From Pelagomonas calceolata (Eukaryota): a DNA stretch of 64,000 nucleotides. The stretch lies in contig CAKKNE010000001.1 of the NCBI GenBank assembly GCA_918797485.1, positions 2,914,001 to 2,978,000 on the forward strand, in the 5' to 3' direction. Under the pieces are notes generated by a model, which had not been told where the DNA came from, did no database searches, and saw nothing but the letters and a program-made list of their open reading frames with translations. Every line of letters starts with the position of its first letter. Within the stretch, counting starts at the first letter, position 1. This document shows positions 30,699 through 41,909 of this stretch, in pieces. Position numbers and translations under genes: made by a program.

Positions 30699-31050
30699 GG
30701 TTTACGGAGCGGTTCGTGTGCTGTGCGGGCAGCCCCTTGCCGACGGTGCCGACGAGCGCGCGGCTTTTGTTAAATTTGTACAGATTTTGTACATAAAGCT
30801 ACCGTACATACGGTATGCAGTCTATATCTAAGGGAGCCCGCCGCGCGCGGCGGCGAGACGCTGCCCGACGGGAGGGAACGGCAGATTTCGGGTGCACATG
30901 ACCTCGGGATCTGGAGTCCCTCGCGGCGGAGCCCCTCGCCCGCCCGGCTCGCGTCGGGCGTGGCGAGCGGTCCGCGTTCGGGGCACGTCCGTCGGAAGCC
31001 CCCGAGGGGGCGAGGCGCCCGCCTAAAATTTAGCCAACTAACCGCGGCGC

Positions 31051-31983
31051 CTAGAGGAAGTAGTCCGGCATCCGCTGGTTGAGCTCCTTCTTGTCGCCCT
31101 GGTCGGGCGAGGCCTCGTACATGACGAAGTCGGGGCGCGCCTCGATGGAGTCGCCGACCTCCATGATGGCCGCCATGTTGCCGCAGCGGTAGCAGTAGTT
31201 CGGCGCGGAGAAGACGGTGACGCACGTGTTCGGGTGCGTCCAGCTGTAGCCCTCCATGACGAGCTGGTGCGCGCGCACGATGAACTTGAAGTCGTTCGTC
31301 GCCAGGAACTGCTCCGTGATGTCCGCGCCGAAGGTGTAGCCCGCGCCGCGCGGCGAGATGCCCCACCCGCAGCGCTCGTCGGGGTCCGACCAGACGAGGT
31401 CGCACATGGGCCCCTCGTGGGGGATCTCCTGGAAGCGGTTCAGCTGCTGCACGTGGTCCACCGTGTCCAGCGACGGCGAAAGGCCCGCGTGCGGGCAGAA
31501 CACTCGGTTCTCGACCGCCGCGCTCAGCGGCAGCGTGTCGAAGAGCTGCGTGAAGGCCTGCCAGACGCGCGCGTCGCCGTACTTGCGCAGGCACTCATCA
31601 TAAAATCCATAGACCTGCGTGATCTGCCGGCTTTCGTGGTTGCCGCGGATCATCGTCACGCGCCGCGGGTGCCGCGCCTTCAGCAGCACCATCAGCGTCG
31701 CGCACTCGAGCGAGTAGTGGCCCCGGTCGACGTAGTCGCCCAAAAATAAGTAATTTGTGTGCGGCGGGCGCCCCGCGATGTGGAACAACTCCAAGAGGTC
31801 GTAGAACTGGCCGTGAATATCTCCGACGACGACGACGGGCGCGGTCACGAGCTGCATGTTCGACTCCCTTTTCAATATTTCCTTGACGTGGTCGCAGACG
31901 CCCGTGATCTCGCGCTCGCTCAGCGTCTCCTTGCGGAAGACGCGCTCGAGCAGCGCGTCGATGTCCGCGTTGCTGGCCGTCAT
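31051..31983 (-). CDS. PP2A/PP4-family phosphatase catalytic subunit
   Basis: GDIHGQ, GDYVDRG, RGNHE, SAPNYC, C-terminal DYFL. Confidence 0.97.
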   Translation of the reverse strand: MTASNADIDALLERVFRKETLSEREITGVCDHVKEILKRESNMQLVTAPVVVVGDIHGQFYDLLELFHIAGRPPHTNYLFLGDYVDRGHYSLECATLMVLLKARHPRRVTMIRGNHESRQITQVYGFYDECLRKYGDARVWQAFTQLFDTLPLSAAVENRVFCPHAGLSPSLDTVDHVQQLNRFQEIPHEGPMCDLVWSDPDERCGWGISPRGAGYTFGADITEQFLATNDFKFIVRAHQLVMEGYSWTHPNTCVTVFSAPNYCYRCGNMAAIMEVGDSIEARPDFVMYEASPDQGDKKELNQRMPDYFL

Positions 31984-32415
31984 GGCGCGCCGGGCGCGGC
32001 GCGCCGCGCCGGGGCGGTCGGGCGGGCCCGATTGATTGAACGGTCACCTAGGGTGCGCCGGCGGTGCCGCGCTCGCTCTTGTTTTATTTGGATGCCGCCC
32101 CCGGCGCCGCCTATTGCGCGGTGGGGGGCAGAGGGGTAGAGTTTTTTGTTTCGGAGTAGGTCCACCCCTCCTTTTACCCCTCCGCGCGGCCGGCCACGAC
32201 GACGGGCGTGGGCCCCGCACCTTCCGCAGAGGCTTGCGCAATTGCATGCTTTGCCTAATAGAATCGCCTCGCCGGCTCGGGCAGCCTAATACTCGCCTCG
32301 CCCGGCCTTCCATTAACAGCCGCAGCACCGAGGACGTATACATCATCGCTGGCCCAGCGTGACTGGCCCAGCGCGCGAGGCGCTTCTGCCGCCGAAGCAA
32401 GAGGCCCGAGCGACC

Positions 32416-32577
32416 ATGGCCGAGGCGAAACCGCCGCGCCCGCGCAATGTCCTCCTCGCCGAGTTCCCGGGCCTGTCGAAGGACGACGCGAGCCAGGCGC
32501 TCCGCGACACTGGCGGCGACCTCGACAGGGCGAGGAAGCTCATCAGAAATGCGAAGCCACACGCGCGGGAGCAATGA
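32416..32577 (+). CDS. Tiny UBA-like domain protein (53 aa)
   Basis: EFPGLSKDDASQALRDTGGDLDRARKLI matches the UBA/CUE three-helix pattern. Confidence 0.5.
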   Translation: MAEAKPPRPRNVLLAEFPGLSKDDASQALRDTGGDLDRARKLIRNAKPHAREQ

Positions 32578-33012
32578 GAACGCACCAAACCTCGCCGGCG
32601 CCGAGCGGTTGGCAATCTCTGCCAGCCCTCGTGCAAAAATCATTCCATCCCCTTGGAGGTCGAATCGCGTATTTTCGAGTCGTCGAGGCCTTTGCCTCAA
32701 CTATTCACGAAGCTGCGGTTCAAGCCGTCGATGCGGACAGGGCGCAAGGCCAGGTCGACGCACTGCCGTAGTACTATTGAGAGGCGAGCGGTCGGGAACG
32801 GATCGGGCTGGTTATCACGACTGGACCGGACTGTTAGGGCCGCCCCGGGCCACGGCTGCTGTGCGACGCACTCCCTCCGGAGGCATCACGTACGCGGCCG
32901 TGTTAGTGTAATGTCTATAACAAGTATTATCTACAGAACCACAACCCGCTTTGAGCGCGGCCTGCTCGACGGAGTCGACGTGCCGCGCGTCTAGCTGCAA
33001 GACCTAGTAGTA

Positions 33013-33075
33013 TAGTCGATGTTACGGTGCTAGGACTAGTGGGCGGAGCCCCTGGGGGGGAGGCACCGCGCGTCG
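33013..33075 (+). repeat. Short dispersed repeat, copy C
   Basis: tagtcgatgttacggtgctaggactagtgggcggagcccctgggggggaggcaccgcgcgtcg. Confidence 0.9.
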
Positions 33076-33310
33076 CCAATTCATCGGCGGCGGGCGCGGG
33101 CCACTTCTTTCATAACAGCGGAGCCTCCGCAAGTGATCTAGCGTATCGACACACTAGGAAATTTATGGTGCGCGGGTTTTGCTGGTTGTAGGTTGCGCCG
33201 GTTCAAGCGTCCGTAGGTTGTACGAAAGGCGCTCGGGACGCGTCCGAAAGCGCGCGCGATGCGCAACCCGAACACACTTTTGGGAGAGACGTCGCCGTCG
33301 CGGGCAGCCC

Positions 33311-34700
33311 ATGGAGCGGCGGAGCCCCTACCACGTCAAGCTGAGCGGCGAGACGAATCGCAAGGTGAAGCGCAACATGGTCAAGCGCTGGCAGAACCGC
33401 CTCATCAAGCAGCGGCCCGGGGACATCCTCGACAGCCACGTACCACCCCGCGCGGAATCCATTCGTGGGGGCCCTCGGCCGCGCGGCCGCGCCGCGCCGC
33501 GCCCCCGGCCCACAACCCGCACGCCGCCCGCCGCCGCAGGTCGTCGTGCCGCTCTCGGAGAAGGAGAAGCCCGAGACCGTCGACGTGAGCATCAACGGCG
33601 GCTGGAAGGTCTTCGTCGTCGTGCTCACCTGGGTCCTCGTGGGCGCGGCCGTCTACAAGGCCATCAACAAGTGGAGCTTCGGGGCGTCGGTCTACTACAC
33701 GGTGCAGGCGGGCTTCAGCATCGGCTTCGGCGCGCTGAGCGAGGACAAGTGGGAGAGCCAGCTCTGGTCCATCTTCATGATCGCGACGGGCGCGACGGCG
33801 GCGGCCGCGGCCCTCGGCTACTACGTCGAGAGCTGGTTCCAGCACCTCGACAAGCTCGACGAGAACGCGACGAACAGCTCGATGACGCTCATCGGCGTGC
33901 TCACGGGCGCGGAGATCGAGGACGTCGACGGCGACGGCAAGACGGACTGCTGGGACGTCCTGGACAAGCTCTGGCACGAGTCGTGCGGCAAGCACCTCAC
34001 GTTCACGCGCAAGGCGCTGCTGGCGATGGTCCTCTGGGTCGGCGTGGGCGTCGTCTTCGGCATGGTCGACCAGAAGTGGGGCTTCGTGCGCTCGCTCTAC
34101 TTCTCGGTGGCGGCCATGTCGACGGCGGGCCTCCAGGCGCCGGCCATCCGGGGCGACGGCACGGGCCTCGGCGACGACTTCTCGGCCTACTTCGTCGCGG
34201 TCTTCTGCCTGCTCGGCGTGCCGCTCTTCGGCGTGGCCATGGGCCTGGTGGCGAACATCTTCGTGGACTCGCTGGTCCAGGCGCGCGTGACGCTGCCCTC
34301 GGACCTGACGGACGAGGAGTTCAACCGCGTCGCGGGCCTGAGCATCGACGACGGCACCGTGCAGTTCGGCGAGTTCTTCATCCTCGAGCTCCTGCGCCAG
34401 GGCAAGGTCGACATGGAGGGCGTCCACGCCATCAAGCGCGCCTACGACCGCATCGACTCCAACGGCGACGGCTCGCTGAGCGCGCACGAGGTCCGGCGCT
34501 TCCACAAGATCTGCGCGCTGCGGCACCGCTACGCGCAGTACCTGGCCACCGAGAAGCACATGCAGCACGACTTCGCCATCGCCGTCGTCATCGAGATGGA
34601 CACGCAGGCGCTCGTCCAGAAGAGCCTCGACCTCGGCTGGCTCGAGCGCGCGTCGGACGCGGACGCCGCGTCGCGCGTCGGCGCCGCCGAGAACGTCTAG
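33311..34700 (+). CDS. Two-pore-domain K+ channel (TPK/K2P-like) with EF-hands
   Basis: Exons 33311-33439 and 33540-34700 (GT-AG intron, 100 nt); four TMs, pores FSIGFG and MSTAGL; EF-hand loops DVDGDGKTD and DSNGDGSLSAHE. Confidence 0.88.
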
Positions 34701-35220
34701 GCCAGGCGGCCCCGCGGGGGCCCCCCGCCGTAACCTCTAATTCACTCACCACCACGCGAGCCCCTGCGGCGCCGCCCGGCGGGGCGGGCGCCGGGCGGCA
34801 CGCGCCGGCTACGCGCGCCGGCCGGCCTATACCGTGGCGTGCCGAGGGCGTATTCGCCGCCGCCCGCCGGCGCGCATCTTCCGCCGCGACGACGCGCCGA
34901 GAGCCTACCCTGTGGAAGCTCCTGTGGACCAGGGAGTGGACGGGGCGCGGCAGAAACGCCGGCGGTAGCCTGCTCGGCGCGGGAGGACGTCTCCCGCGCG
35001 CCGCACGACATATACTCTACGCGGCCGGGGAGCCGTATCCGCGCGCGCGCGTCCGGGTTGCCAGTTTTTTTTGCCTTTTGCACGCCGTCGCGAGCGGCGC
35101 AAAAAGTAGCGCGCCGGACCGGGCAGCCGTCGCCGGGACACCGCGCGCCGCGCTCGTACATCCCGCGGCCGGGGGCAGCGTCCTCGGCGCCGGACGCCGC
35201 GCGCCGGACGCCTAGCCGCC

Positions 35221-37638
35221 ATGCGGCGCCCGGAAGCGGAGGAGGAGGAGGCCGCGCCGGAGCAGGTCACGCTGAACGACCCCGTCGAGGACGTCGAGGC
35301 CTGCGCCGACTCGACGTACGGCCGCTGGGACGTGTGCTTCGTCCTCGCGGCGCCGGACTGGCACCGCGACGGCGACGCCGACGCCGAGGACGGCGGCGTC
35401 GCGCGCACGGCGCACGCCGGGGACACGGCGTCGCTCGTGGAGCGCGCCGACGGCGCGACGGCGGGCGCGCTCCAGCACCGGCCCAAGGCCTCGCTCACGC
35501 TCGACGACCTGCTCCTGCGGCTCACGGCGTCGGGCCTGGACCACTACTGCTACCGCAGCGTCCAGGGCGACGAGATCTACGTCAAGGTCCGCGCGTCGCT
35601 CGGCCGCCTCGAGCAGCACGCCGAGGCGACGCGCGCGCGGTTCCGGCTGCACGCGGGCGTCGTCGAGCGGCGCGCGCGGCGGGGCTTCCCGCGCCAGGGC
35701 ATCCAGCCCATCATCATCGGCGAGGAGTGCCGCGGCGTGAAGATGGCGCGGTGGCGGCCCTACGAGCACCTCTACGCGAAGTACGACCGCGCGCCGGACC
35801 TCGCGGGCATCTACGACGTGCCCCGCAGCGAGCAGGACACGGCCTGGCCCTTCTCGAGCATGCAGCGCGTGAAGCTGATCTGGGACCTGCTACACGCCAA
35901 GCGCAGCGACGGCGGCTGCGAGCTCGACGTGGCGACGCTGACGTACCACGGCGACGTCCTGGCCTTCCTGGCGCTCCACGACGCCGTGGAGAGGCACGAG
36001 CTGCACCGCGAGTTCTGCTACCACTCGGCGGGCCGGTCGCCGCTCGAGCTGCCCCTGGACCGGTACGCGGCGTACTTCGGCGAGATGCACGGGCTCCGCA
36101 TGTACTTCACGGCGCACGTGACGACGTGGTACTACCCGCTGTCGATCGCCGGACTCGCCGTCTTCCTGGAGCGGCGCATCAAGCAGGAGATGAGCACGCA
36201 CGGCGTCATCGGGTACTCGGCGGTGCTCGTCGTGTGGTCGGTCCTGGCGGTCGAGTACTGGGGCCACCGCCAGGCCGTGATCTCCGTGCTCTGGGGCACG
36301 CGGGGGTTCGAGGAGCGGGAGAAGGCGCGGCCGCAGCACCGGGGCTACCTGGCGCGGTCGCCCGTCGACGGGCGGGACGAGATCTGGTACCCGCCGCGCG
36401 AGCGGCGGTACAAGGTCTGGGCGTCGACGGCCATCGTCTTCCTGATGGTCGTGGCCAACCTGTTATTCCTCTACCTGGTGTTTTGGTGCAAGGCGGAGCA
36501 GCCCGGCGCGCTCAAGTTCGTCGCGCACCAGCACTTCGTGCTGGCCACGGCGGTCGTGAACTCGATCGGGATCCAGGTCTTCAAGCTGGCCTTCACGCGC
36601 GTCGCCGAGTGGTGCACGAACCGCGAGAACTGGCGCACGGAGACGGAGCACCACGACGCGTTCACGCAGAAGCTCTTCTACTTCTTCCTCGTGAACTACT
36701 ACGTGCCCCTCTTCTACCTGACCTTCATCCAGTACTACGCGAACCCCTGGGTGTCCCAGCGCGAGGCGCGCGGCTGCACGGGCAAGCACGCCGGGGGGGG
36801 CAAGGACCCGCTGGACGGCGCCGCGGCGAACCCCTGCGACGACACGGTGGCCTCGCAGGTCCTCAAGGAGGTCTGGACGTCGCTGGCCATCATCCTGTCG
36901 ACGGCCCTGTCCGGCAGCTTCGTGGGGCGGCTCATCGCGCCGCTCGTCCAGGAGACGCTGCGGAAGAAGAAGGAGGGCGGCATCTCCGTGGCCATGTCCG
37001 TGCCCGAGCTCCAGTACATCTTGATGGAGTACGACGAACTGAAGCACACCACCGTCGACTACATGCAGACGACGATCCAGTACGGCTACATCGTGCTGCT
37101 CAGCGCGGCGTTCCCGCTCGGGCCGTTCGTCGCGCTGCTGGTGAACAACGTGCAGGTGCGCACGGACTGCTACGCGTTCATCCATCTGTACAGGAGGGTC
37201 ATGCCCTCGTCGGCGGAGGACATCGGCGTCTTCGAGAAGTTCTTCCAGATGCTGAACGTCGCGGGCGTCGTGACGAACGCGGCGCTCTCCGTCTACGTGT
37301 CCAAGCCCTTCTCGGAGAACAAGGGCTGGTCGGACCACAACCGCCACAACCTCTTCATCGTCGTCGTGACCGTCGGCCTCTCCTTCTACGCGTCCTGCCG
37401 GCTCCTGCTCGACGCGGTGCCGCCGTCCGTCGAGATCCAGGTGAAGCGCCAGGAGTTCATCGAGTCCAAGATCGTCGACCGCGAGAAGGACTTCGACGTC
37501 CACGAGGACCTCAAGGTGGCCTCGATCGACTACCGCGTGCACGCCATGGACGACGGCGCGTACCACACGAACATGCTCATGTTCGACGAGGAGGACCACG
37601 CGCCGCCGCGGACGAGCCCCTCCGCCGTCGAGGACTAG
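35221..37638 (+). CDS. Anoctamin/TMEM16 family protein
   Basis: AYFGE, ENWRTETE, FVNYY-like, DYMQTTIQYGYIVL, FPLGP, AEDIG; multiple TMs. Confidence 0.92.
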   Translation: MRRPEAEEEEAAPEQVTLNDPVEDVEACADSTYGRWDVCFVLAAPDWHRDGDADAEDGGVARTAHAGDTASLVERADGATAGALQHRPKASLTLDDLLLRLTASGLDHYCYRSVQGDEIYVKVRASLGRLEQHAEATRARFRLHAGVVERRARRGFPRQGIQPIIIGEECRGVKMARWRPYEHLYAKYDRAPDLAGIYDVPRSEQDTAWPFSSMQRVKLIWDLLHAKRSDGGCELDVATLTYHGDVLAFLALHDAVERHELHREFCYHSAGRSPLELPLDRYAAYFGEMHGLRMYFTAHVTTWYYPLSIAGLAVFLERRIKQEMSTHGVIGYSAVLVVWSVLAVEYWGHRQAVISVLWGTRGFEEREKARPQHRGYLARSPVDGRDEIWYPPRERRYKVWASTAIVFLMVVANLLFLYLVFWCKAEQPGALKFVAHQHFVLATAVVNSIGIQVFKLAFTRVAEWCTNRENWRTETEHHDAFTQKLFYFFLVNYYVPLFYLTFIQYYANPWVSQREARGCTGKHAGGGKDPLDGAAANPCDDTVASQVLKEVWTSLAIILSTALSGSFVGRLIAPLVQETLRKKKEGGISVAMSVPELQYILMEYDELKHTTVDYMQTTIQYGYIVLLSAAFPLGPFVALLVNNVQVRTDCYAFIHLYRRVMPSSAEDIGVFEKFFQMLNVAGVVTNAALSVYVSKPFSENKGWSDHNRHNLFIVVVTVGLSFYASCRLLLDAVPPSVEIQVKRQEFIESKIVDREKDFDVHEDLKVASIDYRVHAMDDGAYHTNMLMFDEEDHAPPRTSPSAVED

Positions 37639-38051
37639 TAGGCCCCGCGCCCCCCAGTAATTCGCCTCTTTAAAAGTACCACCGATCATGATGCCACCGG
37701 GGCGCGCTGGTCGCGCGCGCGGCGTGCCGCCCCCGAGGCGTCGGCGGGCGGCACCGTTCGTGGTCGCATGGGTTCCTCGGTAGGAAGTTGTTACTGGGCT
37801 CAGGCTAGTTACGTCGCAGGGTTCCCCGTACCCCTCCGCTAGTGAGGCTACGCTATGGCTGCTGAAAAAGCGGCTTCCACTCGTGAGCGGCGGGCATCCG
37901 CGACCGCCTGAGTTATCAAAGCTCTTCTTTACAATAGGCACGCTTCCAACTCGGTGTCTTCTCCAACCAGCCAAAAGCGCTACACACCGGCGTGCCGCCG
38001 CACGACGTAAAACGCCAGCCCGGCCCTTGGAGAGCGCACAGCCAGAGAGAG

Positions 38052-41000
38052 ATGGGCCTCGGCGCCAGCCGGGCCGACCACAAGAAGGACGACGGCTACG
38101 TCCCGCCGTCGGACCGCGCGCGCGCGCGCCAGGCGCCCGCGCCCAGCGCCGTGCTCACGGATCCGGACGTCGCCGCGTTCGACCCGACGGCCGACAAGCA
38201 CGACTACCTGCTCGTCTTCGCGACGGAGCGGTCGCGGTCGAGCGAGACGCTGAAGTGGAACGAGGTGCGGGAGACCTGGTTCCAGGCCATCCCCGGCGAC
38301 GAGGAGAAGAAGACGGCCGGCGTCGAACTCCTGAGGCGCGACTGGGTCCAAAGGTTCGGGGAGGAGGAGGAGTGCCCCAAGGGCGACGTGCTGGGGTTAT
38401 GTCGGGAGCACGTCGTGGACCTGCTGGCGCGGCGGAGCGGGCTGCAGCTCAAGCTGTCTTTGCCGAGCGACGGCGCGCGGCGCGTCTACTGCCAGCTGCG
38501 CGCGCCCGTGTCGCTTCTAGAGAGGAAGGCCGACGCGCTCGACTACAAGTTCAAGTTCAAGGACGAGATCGACCCGGGGCCGGCGTTCTGGAGAAGGTCG
38601 TCGGGCACGGATCGCGTTAGCGGAAGGCCCGTCTACGACGAGATCATCGAAGACGCGACGATCCTGGACCGAGAAAAGGCCCAAGAGACGCTGCAGCAGC
38701 TGTACGCCCAGGGGCGCTGCGGGCCGGCCGACGTCGCGGTGTTCGCGGACGCGGAGCCCACGCCGCGACACTGGAGTCGGCGCGTGCACGCGCTCGAACG
38801 AATTTCCGACCGTGTCCCGTGCCACAACGCCTATGCGGCCTACGCGCCCTACGACGCGGCGCCGCGGGAACGGCACCTGTACGAGGAGTACCCGTCCGTG
38901 AGGGGCAGGACGCTCTTTCTGCCCAAAGACCGGTTGTACCTCACGAAGCGTATCGTGGACGAGGTCTTCGACTTCGCGGTCCTGAAGGAGAGGGGCCTCG
39001 TGGAGACGTTCGTCGCGCTCCACGACGCGAACCACGGCGAGATGCCGACGACCGACTGGCTCCAGAAGCGGTGGGTCTTCTTCTGGCGGGCCGAGGCGAC
39101 GCGGGCCGGCGCGCCCCTGCTCAGTCAGACGTACATGCTCAAGGGCAGGAGCTGCCCGTGCTACATGCGGCCGTGGGCGCAGCCGCTCATGGAGGTGAGG
39201 GCGTACTTCGGGGAAAAGGTCGCGCTCTATTTCGCGTGGCTGGCGTTCTACGGGTATTACCTGATCTATCCGGCGCTGTTCTGCGCGGCGGTCTACGCGT
39301 ACGACAGCGCGAAAGACGTCGACGACGAGGAGGAGGGCGTGCACGTCGAGCAGTTTTTGGTCGCGGGCTTTCTGGTCGCGTGGAGCGCGTACTACAAGGA
39401 GTCCTGGGACATCGAATCGCAGTACTGTGCGGTGCGGTGGGGCACCTTACGGTTCGAGGCCGAGGAGGCCGACCGGCCGCAGTTCGAGGGCGACCCCGCG
39501 GAGCCCCGGCGCGTGTCGCCCATCACGAACCAGTCCGAGACCTACTACCCCGAGTCGAAGCGCACGCGCACGAGAATCGTTTCGCTCGCGTTCGTGACGC
39601 TGAGCATCGCGGCCCTCGTGACGCTCATCGCGGTGATCTTCTGGTTGCAGTACTTCTTCACCTACATTTTGGGCGGGACCTTCTGGGGCGGCGTCGGGTC
39701 GTGCATGTCCGGCGTCCAGGCGCTGCTGATCCAGGTCGCGTCGTCCATCTACGGCAGCGTAGCCGTGGCCCGGAACGACGCCGAGAACTACCGGACCCAG
39801 ACCGCCTACGAGAACAACCTCATCATCAAGAAGTTCGCCTTCGAGGTCTTCAACAACTACACGGCGCTGGTCATCACGGCGTTCTTCAAGGGCACCTACT
39901 TCAAGTGCGACGGCGGGTTCTCGGGCGACGCCGGGAACTGCCTGGGCGACCTCGAGGAGTTGCTCGCGGTGATCTTCATCACGCGGTACGCGCTCGCGTT
40001 GATCGGCGCGTTCTCGCGGCCGATCAACGACCTGATCGCGTACTGCACGCCGTCGTGTCTAGGAGCCGAGGAGGAGCTCCCGGGCGAAGACGACGACGAC
40101 GTTGAAAATGACCAGGAGGAGGGCCCGCCGGCGGAGGCGCCGCGCTTCGAGTCCGAACTGAAACTCGAGGAGTACGAGGGCATGTTCGACGACTACGCGG
40201 AGATCGCGCGCCCGCGGCGTCCCGTCGTGCGGAGGCGCCTTCCCGTCATCGGCATGCGTCGTCTCCGGGAACGATGGGCGTGGGTGGTCGCTTCTTCGAT
40301 GTTGAGCTCCGCGCAGGTGCTGCAGATGGGCCTCGTGAGCATGTTCACGCTGGGGCTGTATTTGACGCCCTTGCTGGGCGCGGGGGAAGTCTTGTTGCAA
40401 ATAAGGGTCGACGCCTACAAATTAACCGCTTTGAGCCAGAGGCCGGACCCGACGCCCGCGGAATCGGTGGGTTCCTGGGGCGTGCTCATGGAGTCCATGG
40501 GGTTGTTGGCGGTCTATTGTAACGCGGGCATCATCGTGGCCACGACGAAGTCGTTCCACGCGTATAGCTCGCTGCAACGGGTCATCATCTTCTTCGTGGT
40601 GGAGCAGTGCCTGCTGGCGCTGAAGCTCGCGGTGCACGCGTACATAGACGACGAACCGACGCCCCTGGCCGAACTGAAGAAGCGCAACGCCCACGTGGTC
40701 GCGAGGCACAAGAACGCGGTGTTCGACGACGACCTGGACGTGGGCGGAGACGCGATCGCGGTCGACGCGGACGCTCTGAGCGTCGCCGCGCTACGCGCTA
40801 AACGAGTAGCGCGGCCCGAAGCGAAGCGGCTCGAGTACTTGAGAAGGAAGTTGCTGGGATGCGACAAGGATCTAAGGGACCTACGGCAGCAGTACCGGGA
40901 CGCGACGGCGCAAGAAGTCTACAACGAGACGGAGGGCGTTTCGTACTCGCGGGAGCACCCGGACCTGGCCCTGGGCATGGTGTCCCTGCAGGTGCAGGAC

Positions 41001-41594
41001 GTGGTGGGTTTAGGTTCTGCGGGCGACCCCGTCGACGCGGCGTCGACGCGATTGGTAATTCATGTCCGCGGCACGGAGCCCGGACGGGCGGCGGGGCCCG
41101 CGCCCCAGGTCTCGCGGCCCGCGCGCCAGCCGCGCGCCGAGGAGGGCGGCGCGGACGATTTGAACGTCGGCGCGCGTTTAGTGTTCGACCAGCATTTTAG
41201 CGTCGCGCCCGTGCGCACGACGCGGGCGGAGCTGCGGATAGAAGTGGTGGACGACGCCAAGAAGCTGCGAAGGGGCTTCGCGGCGCTGCCGCTGCCCGCG
41301 TTAGGTGATCAGAAGCAGCAAGCCTTAGATCTGGAATTGGCGCGGCCGGGCGGCCAGGGCGGGCGGCCGGCCTTTTTGCGGGCGACGGCGCAGTTCCAGT
41401 ATTCAAAGGTCGTGCCCATCAAGGCGGAGATCACGGCCAAGCTCGAGGAGCAGCGCCGGCTGCACCGCGACGTCACGAACTTGCAGATCGGGAGGGACGT
41501 CGAGTACGAGGACGACTGGGACTTCCCCGACCGCCAGGGCACGGAGGACGCCAAGGAGGCCGACGACGACGACGGGGGCGGCGCGGGGGCGTAA
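38052..41594 (+). CDS. Anoctamin/TMEM16 family protein with a C-terminal C2-like domain
   Basis: VRAYFGEKVALYFAWL, ENYRTQTAYEN, DYAEI/VLQMG after removing an in-frame GC-AG intron 40206-40316; C-terminal beta domain and coiled coils; MGLGAS start. Confidence 0.9.
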   Translation: MGLGASRADHKKDDGYVPPSDRARARQAPAPSAVLTDPDVAAFDPTADKHDYLLVFATERSRSSETLKWNEVRETWFQAIPGDEEKKTAGVELLRRDWVQRFGEEEECPKGDVLGLCREHVVDLLARRSGLQLKLSLPSDGARRVYCQLRAPVSLLERKADALDYKFKFKDEIDPGPAFWRRSSGTDRVSGRPVYDEIIEDATILDREKAQETLQQLYAQGRCGPADVAVFADAEPTPRHWSRRVHALERISDRVPCHNAYAAYAPYDAAPRERHLYEEYPSVRGRTLFLPKDRLYLTKRIVDEVFDFAVLKERGLVETFVALHDANHGEMPTTDWLQKRWVFFWRAEATRAGAPLLSQTYMLKGRSCPCYMRPWAQPLMEVRAYFGEKVALYFAWLAFYGYYLIYPALFCAAVYAYDSAKDVDDEEEGVHVEQFLVAGFLVAWSAYYKESWDIESQYCAVRWGTLRFEAEEADRPQFEGDPAEPRRVSPITNQSETYYPESKRTRTRIVSLAFVTLSIAALVTLIAVIFWLQYFFTYILGGTFWGGVGSCMSGVQALLIQVASSIYGSVAVARNDAENYRTQTAYENNLIIKKFAFEVFNNYTALVITAFFKGTYFKCDGGFSGDAGNCLGDLEELLAVIFITRYALALIGAFSRPINDLIAYCTPSCLGAEEELPGEDDDDVENDQEEGPPAEAPRFESELKLEEYEGMFDDYAEIARPRRPVVRRRLPVIGMRRLRERWAWVVASSMLSSAQVLQMGLVSMFTLGLYLTPLLGAGEVLLQIRVDAYKLTALSQRPDPTPAESVGSWGVLMESMGLLAVYCNAGIIVATTKSFHAYSSLQRVIIFFVVEQCLLALKLAVHAYIDDEPTPLAELKKRNAHVVARHKNAVFDDDLDVGGDAIAVDADALSVAALRAKRVARPEAKRLEYLRRKLLGCDKDLRDLRQQYRDATAQEVYNETEGVSYSREHPDLALGMVSLQVQDVVGLGSAGDPVDAASTRLVIHVRGTEPGRAAGPAPQVSRPARQPRAEEGGADDLNVGARLVFDQHFSVAPVRTTRAELRIEVVDDAKKLRRGFAALPLPALGDQKQQALDLELARPGGQGGRPAFLRATAQFQYSKVVPIKAEITAKLEEQRRLHRDVTNLQIGRDVEYEDDWDFPDRQGTEDAKEADDDDGGGAGA

Positions 41595-41909
41595 ATTTTC
41601 TGAGTTACTGGAAACCGGAAAGGTCTTCACTTTCGCTTCCTAGATGTCTCGCGGCACGGCGTTCGCGACAGGCAGAAACGGCAGAGGCAGGCAGAGGCAG
41701 ATTTGCTGAGGCATTAACTCTGGCATTTAGCTCCGCCCGAAAAAACAGACAGAGGAGGAATTCGCGCGTCCGCGGCGTCCACACGGGTCCACACAAAGCC
41801 CCCAAGCAAAGTCCCGCCGCCGCGGCGCCGCGGCGTCCGCCGCGAGCCCCTGAAGCTTTGGCGCCAGCCTACCCCAGCGCCCGCGCAGGCCCTTAAGAAC
41901 GCTAAGACC

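Noticed and set aside
33440..33539. K+ channel intron as an introner
   Set aside because: No TIR, TSD or internal motif detectable; treated as a conventional intron.
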